Positions 10,287-20,535 of a stretch of DNA of 64,000 nucleotides are shown in pieces. A program made the translations under genes and the position numbers. The stretch is from the NCBI GenBank assembly GCA_045646345.1, contig JAZRKN010000001.1, positions 233,531 to 297,530 of the forward strand, written 5' to 3'. Position 1 is the first letter of the stretch. Each line of letters starts with the position of its first letter. The notes under the pieces were generated by a model, which was given only the letters and a program-made list of their open reading frames with translations, did no database searches and was not told the origin of the DNA. The DNA comes from Candidatus Scatovivens sp. GTDB lineage: Bacteria; Bacillota; Clostridia; TANB77; CAG-508.

Positions 10287-12794
10287 TTATTCTTCTGTTT
10301 CAGCCTCTACTGGTGGCTGTGCCATTTTTAATTCATTCCATCTTTCCATTGTAATCAATGCTCTTCTTGGTTTACTTCCTTCATAACCAGAAATAATTCC
10401 TCTAGCCTCCATTTGGTCAATTATTCTTCCTGCTCTTGCATATCCTACTTTAAATCTTCTTTGAATAAACGACGTTGAAGCTTGACCTGTCTCTACAGCT
10501 AATTCTATTGCATCCATTAAAAATGGATCCATATCATCTTCTTCAGCTTCTTGCTCTTTTTGTCCATCAGATTTATTTGATTTTTCAATTTCTTCTAATA
10601 TATCTTCATTATATGTTGCAACACCATTTGATTTAACAAAATCAACAACTTTTTCTACTTCTCCATCAGATACAAATGCCCCTTGAACTCTAACTGGTTT
10701 AGATGCACTTGCTGGATAATAAAGCATATCACCTTTTCCTAAAAGTTTTTCAGCTCCTACTTGGTCTAGAATTGTTCTTGAGTCAATTTGTGAAGAAACA
10801 GCAAACGCAATTCTTGAAGGAACATTTGCTTTAATCAAACCAGTAATAACATCTACAGATGGTCTTTGTGTAGCTATTACTAAGTGCATTCCAGCAGCTC
10901 TAGCTTTTTGAGCTAATCTACAAATAGAATCCTCAACTTCTTTGGCTGCAACCATCATTAAGTCAGCAAGCTCGTCTATAATAATTACTATTTGTGGTAA
11001 TTTTCCTAGTGAATTCTCATCTTTTTCAACAACAGCATTATATCCTTTTAAATCTCTAACACCTTTTTCTGCAAATAAATTGTATCTATGATCCATCTCT
11101 TGAACTGCCCATGCTAATGCACCAGCTGCTTTTCTTGGATCTGTTACTACAGGAATTAAAAGATGTGGTATTCCATTATATACAGATAATTCTACTACTT
11201 TAGGATCAACCATTACCATCTTTACTTCGCTTGGTTTTGCATTATAAATAATACTTGTTATTATTGTATTAATACAAACTGATTTACCAGAACCTGTAGA
11301 ACCAGCTATTAAAACGTGAGGCATTTTTGCAATATCTGCTAAAACAATATTTCCTGCTACGTCTTTTCCTAAAGCTACTGTTAATTTTGATTTATTATCT
11401 TCAAATTCTTCACTTTCAATAACATCACGAAGTGGAACTGATTCTTTTTCTTTATTTGGAATCTCAATACCTACAGCTTGTTTCCCTGGTATTGGAGCTT
11501 CAATTCTTATACTTTCTGCTGCTAAGTTTAATGCAATATCGTCAGAAAGATTTGCTATTTTACTTACTCTAACACCTTCAGCTGGTTTAAGTTCATATCT
11601 TGTTATAGCTGGTCCAACAGAAATATTTTCAACTTTTGCAGATACACCAAAACTATGTAACGTTCTTTGTAATTGTGTCGCTTTTTCTGTTAAAGCTTTT
11701 GCTCCTGCTTTATTTGCTTTTTTTGCATTTCTTCCTAGAATACTAATTGGTGGATATTCATAGTTTTCTTCTTCAGCTTCTACTGCTTGAGTATGTGTTA
11801 AATTCAAAACAGCTTTTGTATTTTCTTCTTTATGTTCTTTTTCTATTGTGAACATTCCATCATCTTTAATACAAGATTGTTTATTAGCTTGTACCTCATT
11901 AGCTTTTGCTGTATTTTTATAAATGTTTGCATCTATAACATCTGGATTACTGTCTTGCTCATCATTTCTTTTGAATTTACTAAATAATCCGTTTTTTCCT
12001 TTTTCTTCTTCAATTCCTATATTTTGTTTTTCACCATTTAAATTGATTGTAATTTCATCTTCATTAATACTTGATGAAGCTGCATTTTTATTTCTTTTTC
12101 CGCCCAAATCCATTTCCATCTGTCCAACATCATTAAAGTTTTTAAGTTTTTGTTCTTTTCTTACCATTCTTTGTTCACGTCTTTGGTTTAAAGCTTCATC
12201 TCTTTCTTCTCTTCTTGCATTCATTTCATCCATGATATCTAACATTAATTCTGATGGGTGAAGACCAAATGTAAATACACAAAGAACAGCCACTATACCT
12301 GCAGTAGTAATAGCAGCTCCGAACATTCCTAATAATTTAATTAATGGATAAGCAATTACAGCGCCAACAGTTCCACCACCAATATTTTTAACACCTAAAT
12401 CGTATGAAACTTCTATAATATCAGTAAATTCCAAATCAATATTAATAATCCCTTTTGAAATTTGATATATCGACATAGTTGCTGCAACACATGACAGTAA
12501 TACCGCATATTGAACAAGTTTTGATGCAATATATCCTCTATCATCTTTAGCAATACACACAGCCAATGCCATAAAACCTATAGGAATTAAATATTTGATA
12601 AAACCTATTATTCCACCTAATGCAGGACTTAAAATTTCACCTATTGCTCCTTTTTCTCCATATATTAAAACAAATAATAATATACTAACAATAAATAATA
12701 CTATTACCGCTAAATCTATATTAATACCTGTTTTTTTTCTTGAACTATTTCCTTTATTTTTTCCATTATTTGTCTTTTTTCTTTTTCTTCCCAA
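10287..12794 (-). CDS. ftsK: FtsK/SpoIIIE DNA translocase
   Basis: N-terminal TM helices, PHVLIAGSTGSGKS, ATQRPSVDV, gamma domain IQRRFKVGYARAGR. Confidence 0.95.
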   Translation of the reverse strand: MGRKRKKTNNGKNKGNSSRKKTGINIDLAVIVLFIVSILLFVLIYGEKGAIGEILSPALGGIIGFIKYLIPIGFMALAVCIAKDDRGYIASKLVQYAVLLSCVAATMSIYQISKGIINIDLEFTDIIEVSYDLGVKNIGGGTVGAVIAYPLIKLLGMFGAAITTAGIVAVLCVFTFGLHPSELMLDIMDEMNARREERDEALNQRREQRMVRKEQKLKNFNDVGQMEMDLGGKRNKNAASSSINEDEITINLNGEKQNIGIEEEKGKNGLFSKFKRNDEQDSNPDVIDANIYKNTAKANEVQANKQSCIKDDGMFTIEKEHKEENTKAVLNLTHTQAVEAEEENYEYPPISILGRNAKKANKAGAKALTEKATQLQRTLHSFGVSAKVENISVGPAITRYELKPAEGVRVSKIANLSDDIALNLAAESIRIEAPIPGKQAVGIEIPNKEKESVPLRDVIESEEFEDNKSKLTVALGKDVAGNIVLADIAKMPHVLIAGSTGSGKSVCINTIITSIIYNAKPSEVKMVMVDPKVVELSVYNGIPHLLIPVVTDPRKAAGALAWAVQEMDHRYNLFAEKGVRDLKGYNAVVEKDENSLGKLPQIVIIIDELADLMMVAAKEVEDSICRLAQKARAAGMHLVIATQRPSVDVITGLIKANVPSRIAFAVSSQIDSRTILDQVGAEKLLGKGDMLYYPASASKPVRVQGAFVSDGEVEKVVDFVKSNGVATYNEDILEEIEKSNKSDGQKEQEAEEDDMDPFLMDAIELAVETGQASTSFIQRRFKVGYARAGRIIDQMEARGIISGYEGSKPRRALITMERWNELKMAQPPVEAETEE

Positions 12795-12857
12795 GTTTAC
12801 ATCCTCCTAAAAAGATACTACTTTACATAGTATATCTTAAGTTTATTTGCAAGCTTT

Positions 12858-12912
12858 AAAAAGCCAGAATCAGAATCAATAATTTGTTTAATTGATTTTG
12901 ATTCTGGCTTTT
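12858..12912 (-). terminator. Long hairpin terminator
   Basis: AAAAGCCAGAATCA...TGATTCTGGCTTTT. Confidence 0.7.
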
Positions 12913-12914
12913 AT

Positions 12915-13394
12915 TTATTTAAGCTCTTTTCTATTATTTTGAATTGTTTCTAAAGCGTTTTGAATTGACATCTCAACTCCACTTAAAGTTTTGCCAAGTT
13001 CTAACATATTATTTTCAATATTTGCTAATATTCCATCAACATATGTAGTTGTTCCTTGAGTAATTTCTCTATACATTTCATTTGCATCAGCTATAATTTC
13101 AGTTTTCTTATCATATGCTTTTCTTGTTATTTCATGTTCATCAATCATAGATATTATTCTATTTTCTGCTTCTTTAACTATATCATCAGCATCTTTTTGT
13201 GCTTCATTTATAATTCTTTCACGTTCTTCTTTTATCCATTTTGCTTGTTTCAATTCATCTGGTAATTTTAAACGTATTTCTTTTATTATATCTAAAAACT
13301 GTTCTTTTTCTATGATACTTTTGTCAGTAAATGGTAGTGATCTACTTTTTTCTAAAATATCCTCTAATGTTTCTAGTAATGTAAAGATTTCCAT
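12915..13394 (-). CDS. Conserved coiled-coil protein usually found after rsmD-coaD
   Basis: LEDILE...IRLKLPDELKQAKWIKEERERII pattern; position downstream of rsmD. Confidence 0.75.
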   Translation of the reverse strand: MEIFTLLETLEDILEKSRSLPFTDKSIIEKEQFLDIIKEIRLKLPDELKQAKWIKEERERIINEAQKDADDIVKEAENRIISMIDEHEITRKAYDKKTEIIADANEMYREITQGTTTYVDGILANIENNMLELGKTLSGVEMSIQNALETIQNNRKELK

Positions 13395-13467
13395 TATTTA
13401 ATCTTCCTTTCTTGAGGTACAAAACGTATCTTTTGTTTACATTTTAATCTCTTATTATTCCTATTTG

Positions 13468-14031
13468 TTATACTTTTTTTGAATACAAAAATAGGAGATA
13501 TACTCTTCCGTATTTTTTTATATCATTTATCTCAAGTAATTCTGTATCTAAGTTTTTGATTACTCTTTCCTTATCATCTGTTTCTAAAATTATTAATCCA
13601 TCTTCTTTTAAAAGATTTTCATTAATAATTATATGGGCTGCATTTTCAGCGAAATCAGTTTTATAAGGCGGATCTAAAAATACAATATCGAATTTTATGT
13701 TTTTATTTTTTAATTCTTCCAAAGCTTTTTTATAATCACAATTTAGTAATACTGTTTTTTCTTTAGTTTTTGTCTTTTCTATATTTTGGTTAATTATTTT
13801 TATAGCATCTCTTGATTGGTCGCATAAAAAGATTTTTTCAGCGCCTCTACTTAAAGACTCTAATCCTAAAGCACCACTTCCAGCAAACAAATCTAGTACA
13901 ATTGAATCTGGTAAAATGTAATTAATTTTACTGAAAAGTGCTTCTTTTACTCTGTCTAAAGTGGGTCTAGTATTTTCACCTTCTAGAGTAAATAGTTTAG
14001 TACCTCTCATAGTTCCACTTATAATCCTCAT
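13468..14031 (-). CDS. rsmD: 16S rRNA m2G966 methyltransferase
   Basis: MRIISG, TRPTLDRVKEALF, LDLFAGSG, FLDPPY. Confidence 0.95.
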   Translation of the reverse strand: MRIISGTMRGTKLFTLEGENTRPTLDRVKEALFSKINYILPDSIVLDLFAGSGALGLESLSRGAEKIFLCDQSRDAIKIINQNIEKTKTKEKTVLLNCDYKKALEELKNKNIKFDIVFLDPPYKTDFAENAAHIIINENLLKEDGLIILETDDKERVIKNLDTELLEINDIKKYGRVYLLFLYSKKV

Positions 14032-14149
14032 ACGACTCCTATAATACTTATACTATATATAACTATTTTATTCTAAAAATCTTATAAGTCAATAAGATTA
14101 ACAAAAATGTAATACAGACTTAATTCTTTTGTAATAGAATGTCACAAAC

Positions 14150-14178
14150 AAAAAAAGCCTTTGTTCAAAGGCTTTTTT
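14150..14178 (-). terminator. Terminator after divIVA
   Basis: AAAAAAAGCCTTTG-tt-CAAAGGCTTTTTT. Confidence 0.8.
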
Positions 14179-14191
14179 ATATCATTTTATA

Positions 14192-14641
14192 TTATTCTTC
14201 AGACTCTTTATCTTGTAATAATTCTAATTGTGAAATTAGTAAAGCTTCCATTTTTGCTTTATAAACACTGAATTGTCTTTTTAATTCTTCAGTTCTTCTT
14301 CTAATTTCAAATTCTTCTTTTGTTATTTCCTCTGTTGCTTTTCTCGCTTCACTTTGAGCATCTCTTATAATTTGTTCTGCTCTTGATTGAGCGTTCATTT
14401 TGATATCTTCTGCTGTCGTTTGAGCCATAACCAAAGTATTTTGTAATGTTCTTTCTACATTTCTATAATGTTCTAAATCCCTCTTACTCTCCTCAATTTG
14501 AGCTCTTAATTCAGCATTTTCTTTATATAATCTTTCATAGTCTATAGTAAGTTCATCAAGGAATGCATCTACTTCTGCATCATCATATCCTTTGAATTTT
14601 GTAGGAAATTTTTTATTTTCAATATCTAAAGGTGTAAGCAT
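14192..14641 (-). CDS. divIVA: DivIVA cell division protein
   Basis: MLTPLDIENKKF...KGYDDAEVDAFLD. Confidence 0.93.
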   Translation of the reverse strand: MLTPLDIENKKFPTKFKGYDDAEVDAFLDELTIDYERLYKENAELRAQIEESKRDLEHYRNVERTLQNTLVMAQTTAEDIKMNAQSRAEQIIRDAQSEARKATEEITKEEFEIRRRTEELKRQFSVYKAKMEALLISQLELLQDKESEE

Positions 14642-14663
14642 AGTTTTCCCTCCTAATTATTTG

Positions 14664-15143
14664 TTATTTTATCCATGAAGCAGAAAATTTGCTTTCGATT
14701 TTCTCTTTAGTAATTTCGTTAACAATATCATAGTTATATGGAGCTACAACAAATATAGAATTAGATACTTTTTCCATATTTCCATCTAATGCTTTTACTG
14801 CACCACAAACAACATCTACAATTCTTCTAGCAACATCTTTGCTAACGTATTCTAGATTTATAACAACCGCATTTTTTTCTTTTAATTGCATAACAATTTC
14901 ATCAGCTTGATCAAAATTTGTTGGTTTTGCTATTTTCATTCTTATTTGTTGTGGTTGAGGCATTGATACCACTTTACTCTTTGGTTTAAATATATTAAAT
15001 GATTCTCTTTCAGCTTCTTCTTCGCCTTCATAATCATCTACATAATCAGCATTATATACATTCTCATCGTATTCTTCTTGAGAATCCTCTTGTTCTCCCC
15101 ATATAAAATCAACTATTTTCTTTATTGATGATGTTCCTGCCAT
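14664..15143 (-). CDS. sepF: Cell division protein SepF
   Basis: AVVINLE...ARRIVD...GAVKALDG...IFVVAP. Confidence 0.92.
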   Translation of the reverse strand: MAGTSSIKKIVDFIWGEQEDSQEEYDENVYNADYVDDYEGEEEAERESFNIFKPKSKVVSMPQPQQIRMKIAKPTNFDQADEIVMQLKEKNAVVINLEYVSKDVARRIVDVVCGAVKALDGNMEKVSNSIFVVAPYNYDIVNEITKEKIESKFSASWIK

Positions 15144-15330
15144 TTTTTCTACAGACCTCCTAAAATTTTCTTTTCATTCGTAGCTTAATATGTATATAGT
15201 ATCTAACTATTTATAAATATTGTCAAGCGTTTTTAAGTAAAATACACAAATGTTATATAAAAGTAATTTTGCTGTAATTTTCTGTTAATTTTTTGTTATG
15301 CTTTGTAATTTTTTTGTAACTTTTTAATGA

Positions 15331-16566
15331 CTAATACGATAAAATTTCATCATATAGTTTTAATTTTCCCATCTCTGAAATTTCATCTTCTGTATATCCT
15401 AATTCTCTCAATTCACTATCTTCATATCTAATTACAATTGAATACGCTTCATTTTGTCTCAATACTTTTATTGGAACTTTTTCTTTGTATCCGATCTTAT
15501 TTTTTTCGATATATGATATTTCATTATCTCCTTTTGTCTCTTCTAATATACATCCATTACTTATTTTCAATCCTGTATATTTCCACCATATAATATCAAA
15601 TGATATTTTTCTATATTCTAATAATTCTGCAATTTTTTCTTCTATTTTAAATACCAAAATTCTATTATTTTCTTCTTCTTTTATATACACTATTTCTGCT
15701 TCAAGTTCTTCAGATGTTGATAATCTTATTGTAACTTTATCTCCTACTTTTGAATTTAAAGCTTTTTCTGTATTAATTGAAGTTGCAATAAAACATTCAA
15801 AATTATCTACTATTTTTCCTTTTTCATTATTAAGTGGAGTGCTAGCACCTACATTCAACTCAAAGCTATTTAAAAGTTCTGTAGTTAAATAATCAAAATT
15901 ATCTACTTTTAATACATCTTCCAAACCATCAATTCTATAAGATGCTATTCCTGAATTTGGTGCATGTATTATTTCAGATTCTTGTTCTAACTGTTTTTCT
16001 AAAACATCTCTTTGATTTGTCAATGTTTTTATATATGAATCTTCTGGACTTAATGCTCCAGTTATTTTAGCCTTCTTAGATATATATGCTTCAATTTTAT
16101 TTTTATTCTCTTGAATTTGTTGTAAATAATTAACATTGTGAATTGAATCTAGAGAATCTTCAATTTGAGAATTCAAACTTGGTATATCACTTGATACAAT
16201 ATTGATACCACTATTTGCAATTATTTCATTTATTTCTTCATCTAACTTATCAATTTGTTTGGTAATAGTTTCTTCGCTACTTGAATAGTATCTAAAAACA
16301 ATTTGTGATTTCGCAGCTCTTTCACCATCAGAAAGAACCTTTATCATTCCATTCTTGTAGTTTTCTCCCTGTAACACAACTTCCTCTCTAAGTAAATAAC
16401 CTTCTGCAGGTTCCTCTGAATAAAGAGAACCATTTGTAACTACAACAACCTCATTAGAATTTTTCAAAATCTTTGTACTATTTGTTACTAAATAAATAAT
16501 AAACAACATACAAACGGCTGTTATCAATATTCTTTTTATACCAGCTTTTCTTCCCGTATCTTTCAC
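15331..16566 (-). CDS. HlyD/membrane-fusion-like protein commonly upstream of the clostridial sepF cluster
   Basis: N-terminal TM, coiled coil, IHAPNSGIASYRIDGLE. Confidence 0.65.
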   Translation of the reverse strand: MKDTGRKAGIKRILITAVCMLFIIYLVTNSTKILKNSNEVVVVTNGSLYSEEPAEGYLLREEVVLQGENYKNGMIKVLSDGERAAKSQIVFRYYSSSEETITKQIDKLDEEINEIIANSGINIVSSDIPSLNSQIEDSLDSIHNVNYLQQIQENKNKIEAYISKKAKITGALSPEDSYIKTLTNQRDVLEKQLEQESEIIHAPNSGIASYRIDGLEDVLKVDNFDYLTTELLNSFELNVGASTPLNNEKGKIVDNFECFIATSINTEKALNSKVGDKVTIRLSTSEELEAEIVYIKEEENNRILVFKIEEKIAELLEYRKISFDIIWWKYTGLKISNGCILEETKGDNEISYIEKNKIGYKEKVPIKVLRQNEAYSIVIRYEDSELRELGYTEDEISEMGKLKLYDEILSY

Positions 16567-17483
16567 TATAACTCCTCTAAAATAATATTAACATTATCTT
16601 TCATATCATTTTGACTATCTAACCATATAGTTTCTTTATTTTTTCTAAACCAAGTAAGTTGACGTTTTGCATATCTTCTTGATTCTTGTTTTATTTTTTC
16701 AATCATTTCTTCTCGAGTTAAAATTCCATCAAAGTATTCTACAACTTCTTTATATCCTAGTCCTTGCATTGCTGTTGGAAATTCATTATATTTTTCTAAC
16801 AAATTTCTTACTTCAGCTTCTAAACCTTTTTCTATCATAATATCTACTCTAAGATTTATTCTATTATAAAGTTTTTCTCTATCCATTGTAATTCCAAAAA
16901 CTTTATAATCATATTTAACTCCATTTTGTCTTGATAAAATTTCTTGTTCAGTTTTATTTTTACCAGTTGCTTTATAAATTTCTAAGACTCTTACAATTCT
17001 TTTTTTATCGTTTTTACTAATTTTAGTCATAGCTTCTGGATCAATTCTATTTGCCTCATCCCAAAGGATTTTTAATCCTTCTTCTGATTCAGCTTTTTCC
17101 ATAAGTTCGTTTCTATATTCTTCATCAAAATTCATATCTTGATATTCAATACCATATATTAACGAATTCACATACAATCCAGTTCCTCCAACTACAATCG
17201 GAGTTTTGCCTTTTTCTAAAATTTCTTTTATCGCATTTTCAGCATCTCTTTTAAAATCTGAGACAGTGTATCTCTCATCTGGAGATACACAATCTACTAA
17301 ATAATGTTTTATACCTTCAGCTTCTTCTTTTGTAACTTTAGCAGTACCTATATCCATATCTTTATAAATTTGCATTGAATCTGATGAAATAATTTCTCCA
17401 TCTATTTTTTTTGCAAGCTCTATTGATAGTGCCGTTTTACCTGACGCTGTTGGTCCTACTATAACTACAACTTTAGGTTTCAT
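16566..17483 (-). CDS. miaA: tRNA dimethylallyltransferase
   Basis: GPTASGKT, DSMQIY, VGGTGLY, YAKRQLTWF. Confidence 0.97.
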   Translation of the reverse strand: MKPKVVVIVGPTASGKTALSIELAKKIDGEIISSDSMQIYKDMDIGTAKVTKEEAEGIKHYLVDCVSPDERYTVSDFKRDAENAIKEILEKGKTPIVVGGTGLYVNSLIYGIEYQDMNFDEEYRNELMEKAESEEGLKILWDEANRIDPEAMTKISKNDKKRIVRVLEIYKATGKNKTEQEILSRQNGVKYDYKVFGITMDREKLYNRINLRVDIMIEKGLEAEVRNLLEKYNEFPTAMQGLGYKEVVEYFDGILTREEMIEKIKQESRRYAKRQLTWFRKNKETIWLDSQNDMKDNVNIILEEL

Positions 17484-17486
17484 TTT

Positions 17487-20027
17487 TTATCTCCTACTAA
17501 ATTTTTTCTCTAAATCAGTTTTTGTCATTTTTATTGCTGTTGGTCTTCCATGTGGACAAGTAAATGGATTTGGAAGTTCTAAAAGTTGAGCCATTAAAAT
17601 AGCAACTTCTTGGTCATCCAATTTCATTTTCGCTTTTACTGCAGCTTTACATGCAATTGTCGCAATAAATTTATCTTCTTTTTCTTGTCTAGCTGTAACA
17701 GCAACAGTATCAATTTCATCTAATATGTCTAAGAATAATTGTTTCGTATTCATATCCTCACACATACTAGGAACTGACATTAATTTTATTGTGTTTTCGC
17801 CAAACTCTTCAAAAGAGAATCCAGCTCTATTAAACATATTAACATTTTCTTTTGCTATTATCATTTCTTTATGTGTTAATGATATAACATCTGGTAAAAG
17901 TAAAAATTGCTCATCTCTTTCACCTTCATCATAATAATTAGCTTTTACTTTTTCATACATAATTCTTTCATGAGCCGCATGTTGATCAATAATATACATT
18001 TCATTTTTAATTTCTACTATTATATATGTAGAAAAAGCGATACCTAAAAATTTATATGGTATTTCTGGACATTCTTCTGGTTGATTTTCAAAAACACTTT
18101 CATTTTCTGTTGCATAAGAAAAATCATTAGTAGCATTAAGCTTTTCTTTTTGTAAATTTTCTAATTCTTTTTCTTTTCTTACATTAAATGGATCTATTCC
18201 AAATGTCTTTTTATACATCTCATCAAATTCTGGGTTTTCTTCATATTCAACAACAGGTGTTTTTTCTTCAACCACTTGGTTTGCTTCTTTTAAAGCTTCT
18301 CTCACCTTATTTGTATCAATCATTTGTGTATTATCAAAATTTAATTTTGCTTCAACCAATTTTTCTGCAATTGATGCAAATCCTGTTATTTCTTTTTCTT
18401 CAGCTACATTTAATTCTGGCACAGTATTATCTATAATAACAGTATTTTGAGCCATATTTAAATTCAAACCTTCTTCTGGTGCAATTACAGTTTCTTGTTT
18501 TAATTTTTCTTCTTCTAAATCTATTATTTGAGTTTTGTCAAAAGATTCTTCATCATATTTCACATCTGAAGTATTTATAATTTGTGTTAATTGTTTTTCA
18601 GTAAATTTTGTTGATAACATTTCTGTTGTAGCATCTTTTATAAATTCATTTACTACATTCACATCAATCTCTTTTGTATCACTTGAAATTACAGTATCTC
18701 CAAAACTCACTCTCTTATCTACAACATCATCATTTATTGTTTTGATACTTTCTGTATCATATTTTGAATTTGTTTCAGAAACATATGATGGTGTTTCAAT
18801 ATTTATTTTATTTTCAAAACTATTAATAGTATTGGCAACTCCAGCTTCGAATCCATTGTTATTTTGTAATTCTTGTCTATATTTAAAAATATCAGCTAAT
18901 GTATTATTATTTAATTCTTCATCAGTTTCATCTGGTTCTTTTATAATTTTTTGGAATAAACCTGAAAAAACATTTGATTTTTCTTCTTTAGAATCTAATG
19001 AATATTCTTTACCTTCATTTTCAACATTTTCAACCAATTCTGATTTTGCCAAACTTGATTTAATAGCATGATATACAGCTTTAAATACTTTTGACTCTTC
19101 TTCAAATCTAACTTCTAATTTTGCTGGATGAACGTTAACATCAACAAGTTTTGGATCCATATCTAAGTTTAATACTATAAATCCATATCTTCCTATTGGA
19201 ATCATACCTTTGTAAGCTTGATCAGCTGCAGCTGTTAAATTTTTATCTTTAATATATCTTCCATTTAAGAAGAATAATTGATTTGCTCTATTTCCTCTTG
19301 CTATAACCGGTTTTCCTATAACTCCGCTTATTCTTATATCTTCATAATTATAATCAATTTCAATTATTTCTGTAGCTACATCTTTTCCATAAATACTATA
19401 TATAACAGTTTTCAAATCACCATTTCCATTTGTTTGAACTATAGTTTTTCCATTACTAATTAATTTAAAAGCTATATCTTTATTTACAAGAGCAATTCTT
19501 GTAACAACATCTTCAATATATCCAGCTTCTGTATAATCTTTTTTCAAGAATTTGTATCTAACTGGTGTATTATAGAATAAATTTTGTACAGTAATTGTTG
19601 TTCCCACATTTCTAGCAGCTTCAGAAAATTCTAATATTTTTCCACCTTCTACTACTATCTTGTGAGCAACATCTGTATTTACTTTCTTTGAAATCATTTC
19701 AACTTTTGCAATTGCAGCAATACTTGCTAAAGCTTCACCTCTAAACCCCATTGATTTAACTGTTTCTAAATCTTCAGCTCTTCTTATCTTACTTGTTGCA
19801 TGTCGTTCAAATGCAATTTCCATATCATCTTCTGCAATTCCGTGTCCATCATCAGTAATTTTAATTAAAGAAATTCCACCGTTTTTTATTTCAACAGTTA
19901 TGTTTTTTGCTCCAGCATCTATTGAATTTTCTACCATTTCTTTTACAACAGAAGCAGGTCTTTCTATAACCTCTCCAGCAGCAATTTTATTGATAGTTAA
20001 ATCATCCAATAACACTATATTTCCCAT
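17487..20027 (-). CDS. mutL: DNA mismatch repair endonuclease MutL with a long acidic linker
   Basis: IAAGEVIERP, GFRGEAL, DQHAAHER, ACK, CPHGRP; ATG at 20027 preceded by GGAG. Confidence 0.96.
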   Translation of the reverse strand: MGNIVLLDDLTINKIAAGEVIERPASVVKEMVENSIDAGAKNITVEIKNGGISLIKITDDGHGIAEDDMEIAFERHATSKIRRAEDLETVKSMGFRGEALASIAAIAKVEMISKKVNTDVAHKIVVEGGKILEFSEAARNVGTTITVQNLFYNTPVRYKFLKKDYTEAGYIEDVVTRIALVNKDIAFKLISNGKTIVQTNGNGDLKTVIYSIYGKDVATEIIEIDYNYEDIRISGVIGKPVIARGNRANQLFFLNGRYIKDKNLTAAADQAYKGMIPIGRYGFIVLNLDMDPKLVDVNVHPAKLEVRFEEESKVFKAVYHAIKSSLAKSELVENVENEGKEYSLDSKEEKSNVFSGLFQKIIKEPDETDEELNNNTLADIFKYRQELQNNNGFEAGVANTINSFENKINIETPSYVSETNSKYDTESIKTINDDVVDKRVSFGDTVISSDTKEIDVNVVNEFIKDATTEMLSTKFTEKQLTQIINTSDVKYDEESFDKTQIIDLEEEKLKQETVIAPEEGLNLNMAQNTVIIDNTVPELNVAEEKEITGFASIAEKLVEAKLNFDNTQMIDTNKVREALKEANQVVEEKTPVVEYEENPEFDEMYKKTFGIDPFNVRKEKELENLQKEKLNATNDFSYATENESVFENQPEECPEIPYKFLGIAFSTYIIVEIKNEMYIIDQHAAHERIMYEKVKANYYDEGERDEQFLLLPDVISLTHKEMIIAKENVNMFNRAGFSFEEFGENTIKLMSVPSMCEDMNTKQLFLDILDEIDTVAVTARQEKEDKFIATIACKAAVKAKMKLDDQEVAILMAQLLELPNPFTCPHGRPTAIKMTKTDLEKKFSRR

Positions 20028-20211
20028 CTTTAATCTCCTTTTCTTAAGCACTTTTCAAGCATCTATATAAGTTTACTTATGTCATCATATCATATTTTTA
20101 AGAAATTATATCATTAAATTTATTTTTTGTATACTTTTTTAAAATATATTTTTTCTTCATTTTTTATTAATAATTACTCCAAAAAATAACTCTTTTTTTC
20201 TAAGCTTAGTA

Positions 20212-20238
20212 ACACTTATTTTTAAAATTCATAAGATA
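20212..20238 (+). promoter_or_regulatory. SigK-like sporulation promoter
   Basis: AC (20212-13), 16-bp spacer, CATAagaTA (20230-38) matches the AC-N16-CATAnnnTA consensus. Confidence 0.5.
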
Positions 20239-20287
20239 TAACATACAAAAGATTTAAAAAAAAATATATTTTAAGGAGGATATTGTT

Positions 20288-20416
20288 ATGCCTGAAAACA
20301 GAGGTTGTGGATGTGGATTATTTGGAGGAGATAATGATTGTCTTTGGATTATAATCCTTTTAATTATACTTTTCTGCTGTTGTGGAAATAACGGTGGCGG
20401 CAGAGGTTGCTGCTAA
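20288..20416 (+). CDS. Small Cys/Gly-rich hydrophobic peptide, 42 aa (spore-associated-like; not in ORF track)
   Basis: AAGGAGG RBS; MPENRGCGCGLFGGDNDCLWIIILLIILFCCCGNNGGGRGCC; own terminator. Confidence 0.85.
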   Translation: MPENRGCGCGLFGGDNDCLWIIILLIILFCCCGNNGGGRGCC

Positions 20417-20420
20417 AATT

Positions 20421-20446
20421 AAGAGCGCTTTTCAAGCGCTCTTTTT
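20421..20446 (+). terminator. Terminator of the Cys-rich peptide gene
   Basis: AAGAGCGCTT-ttc-AAGCGCTCTTTTT. Confidence 0.8.
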
Positions 20447-20535
20447 ATAAAAAAATAAAACCTCCGATATTTTCTTTTCAAAAAATATCAGAGGAGAAAA
20501 GCAAATTACCCTTTGCTTCTTTTCAAGAAAGTCAC

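Noticed and set aside
15331-16566. Type I secretion or efflux system
   Set aside because: No cognate ABC or outer component adjacent; the gene commonly sits by the sepF cluster
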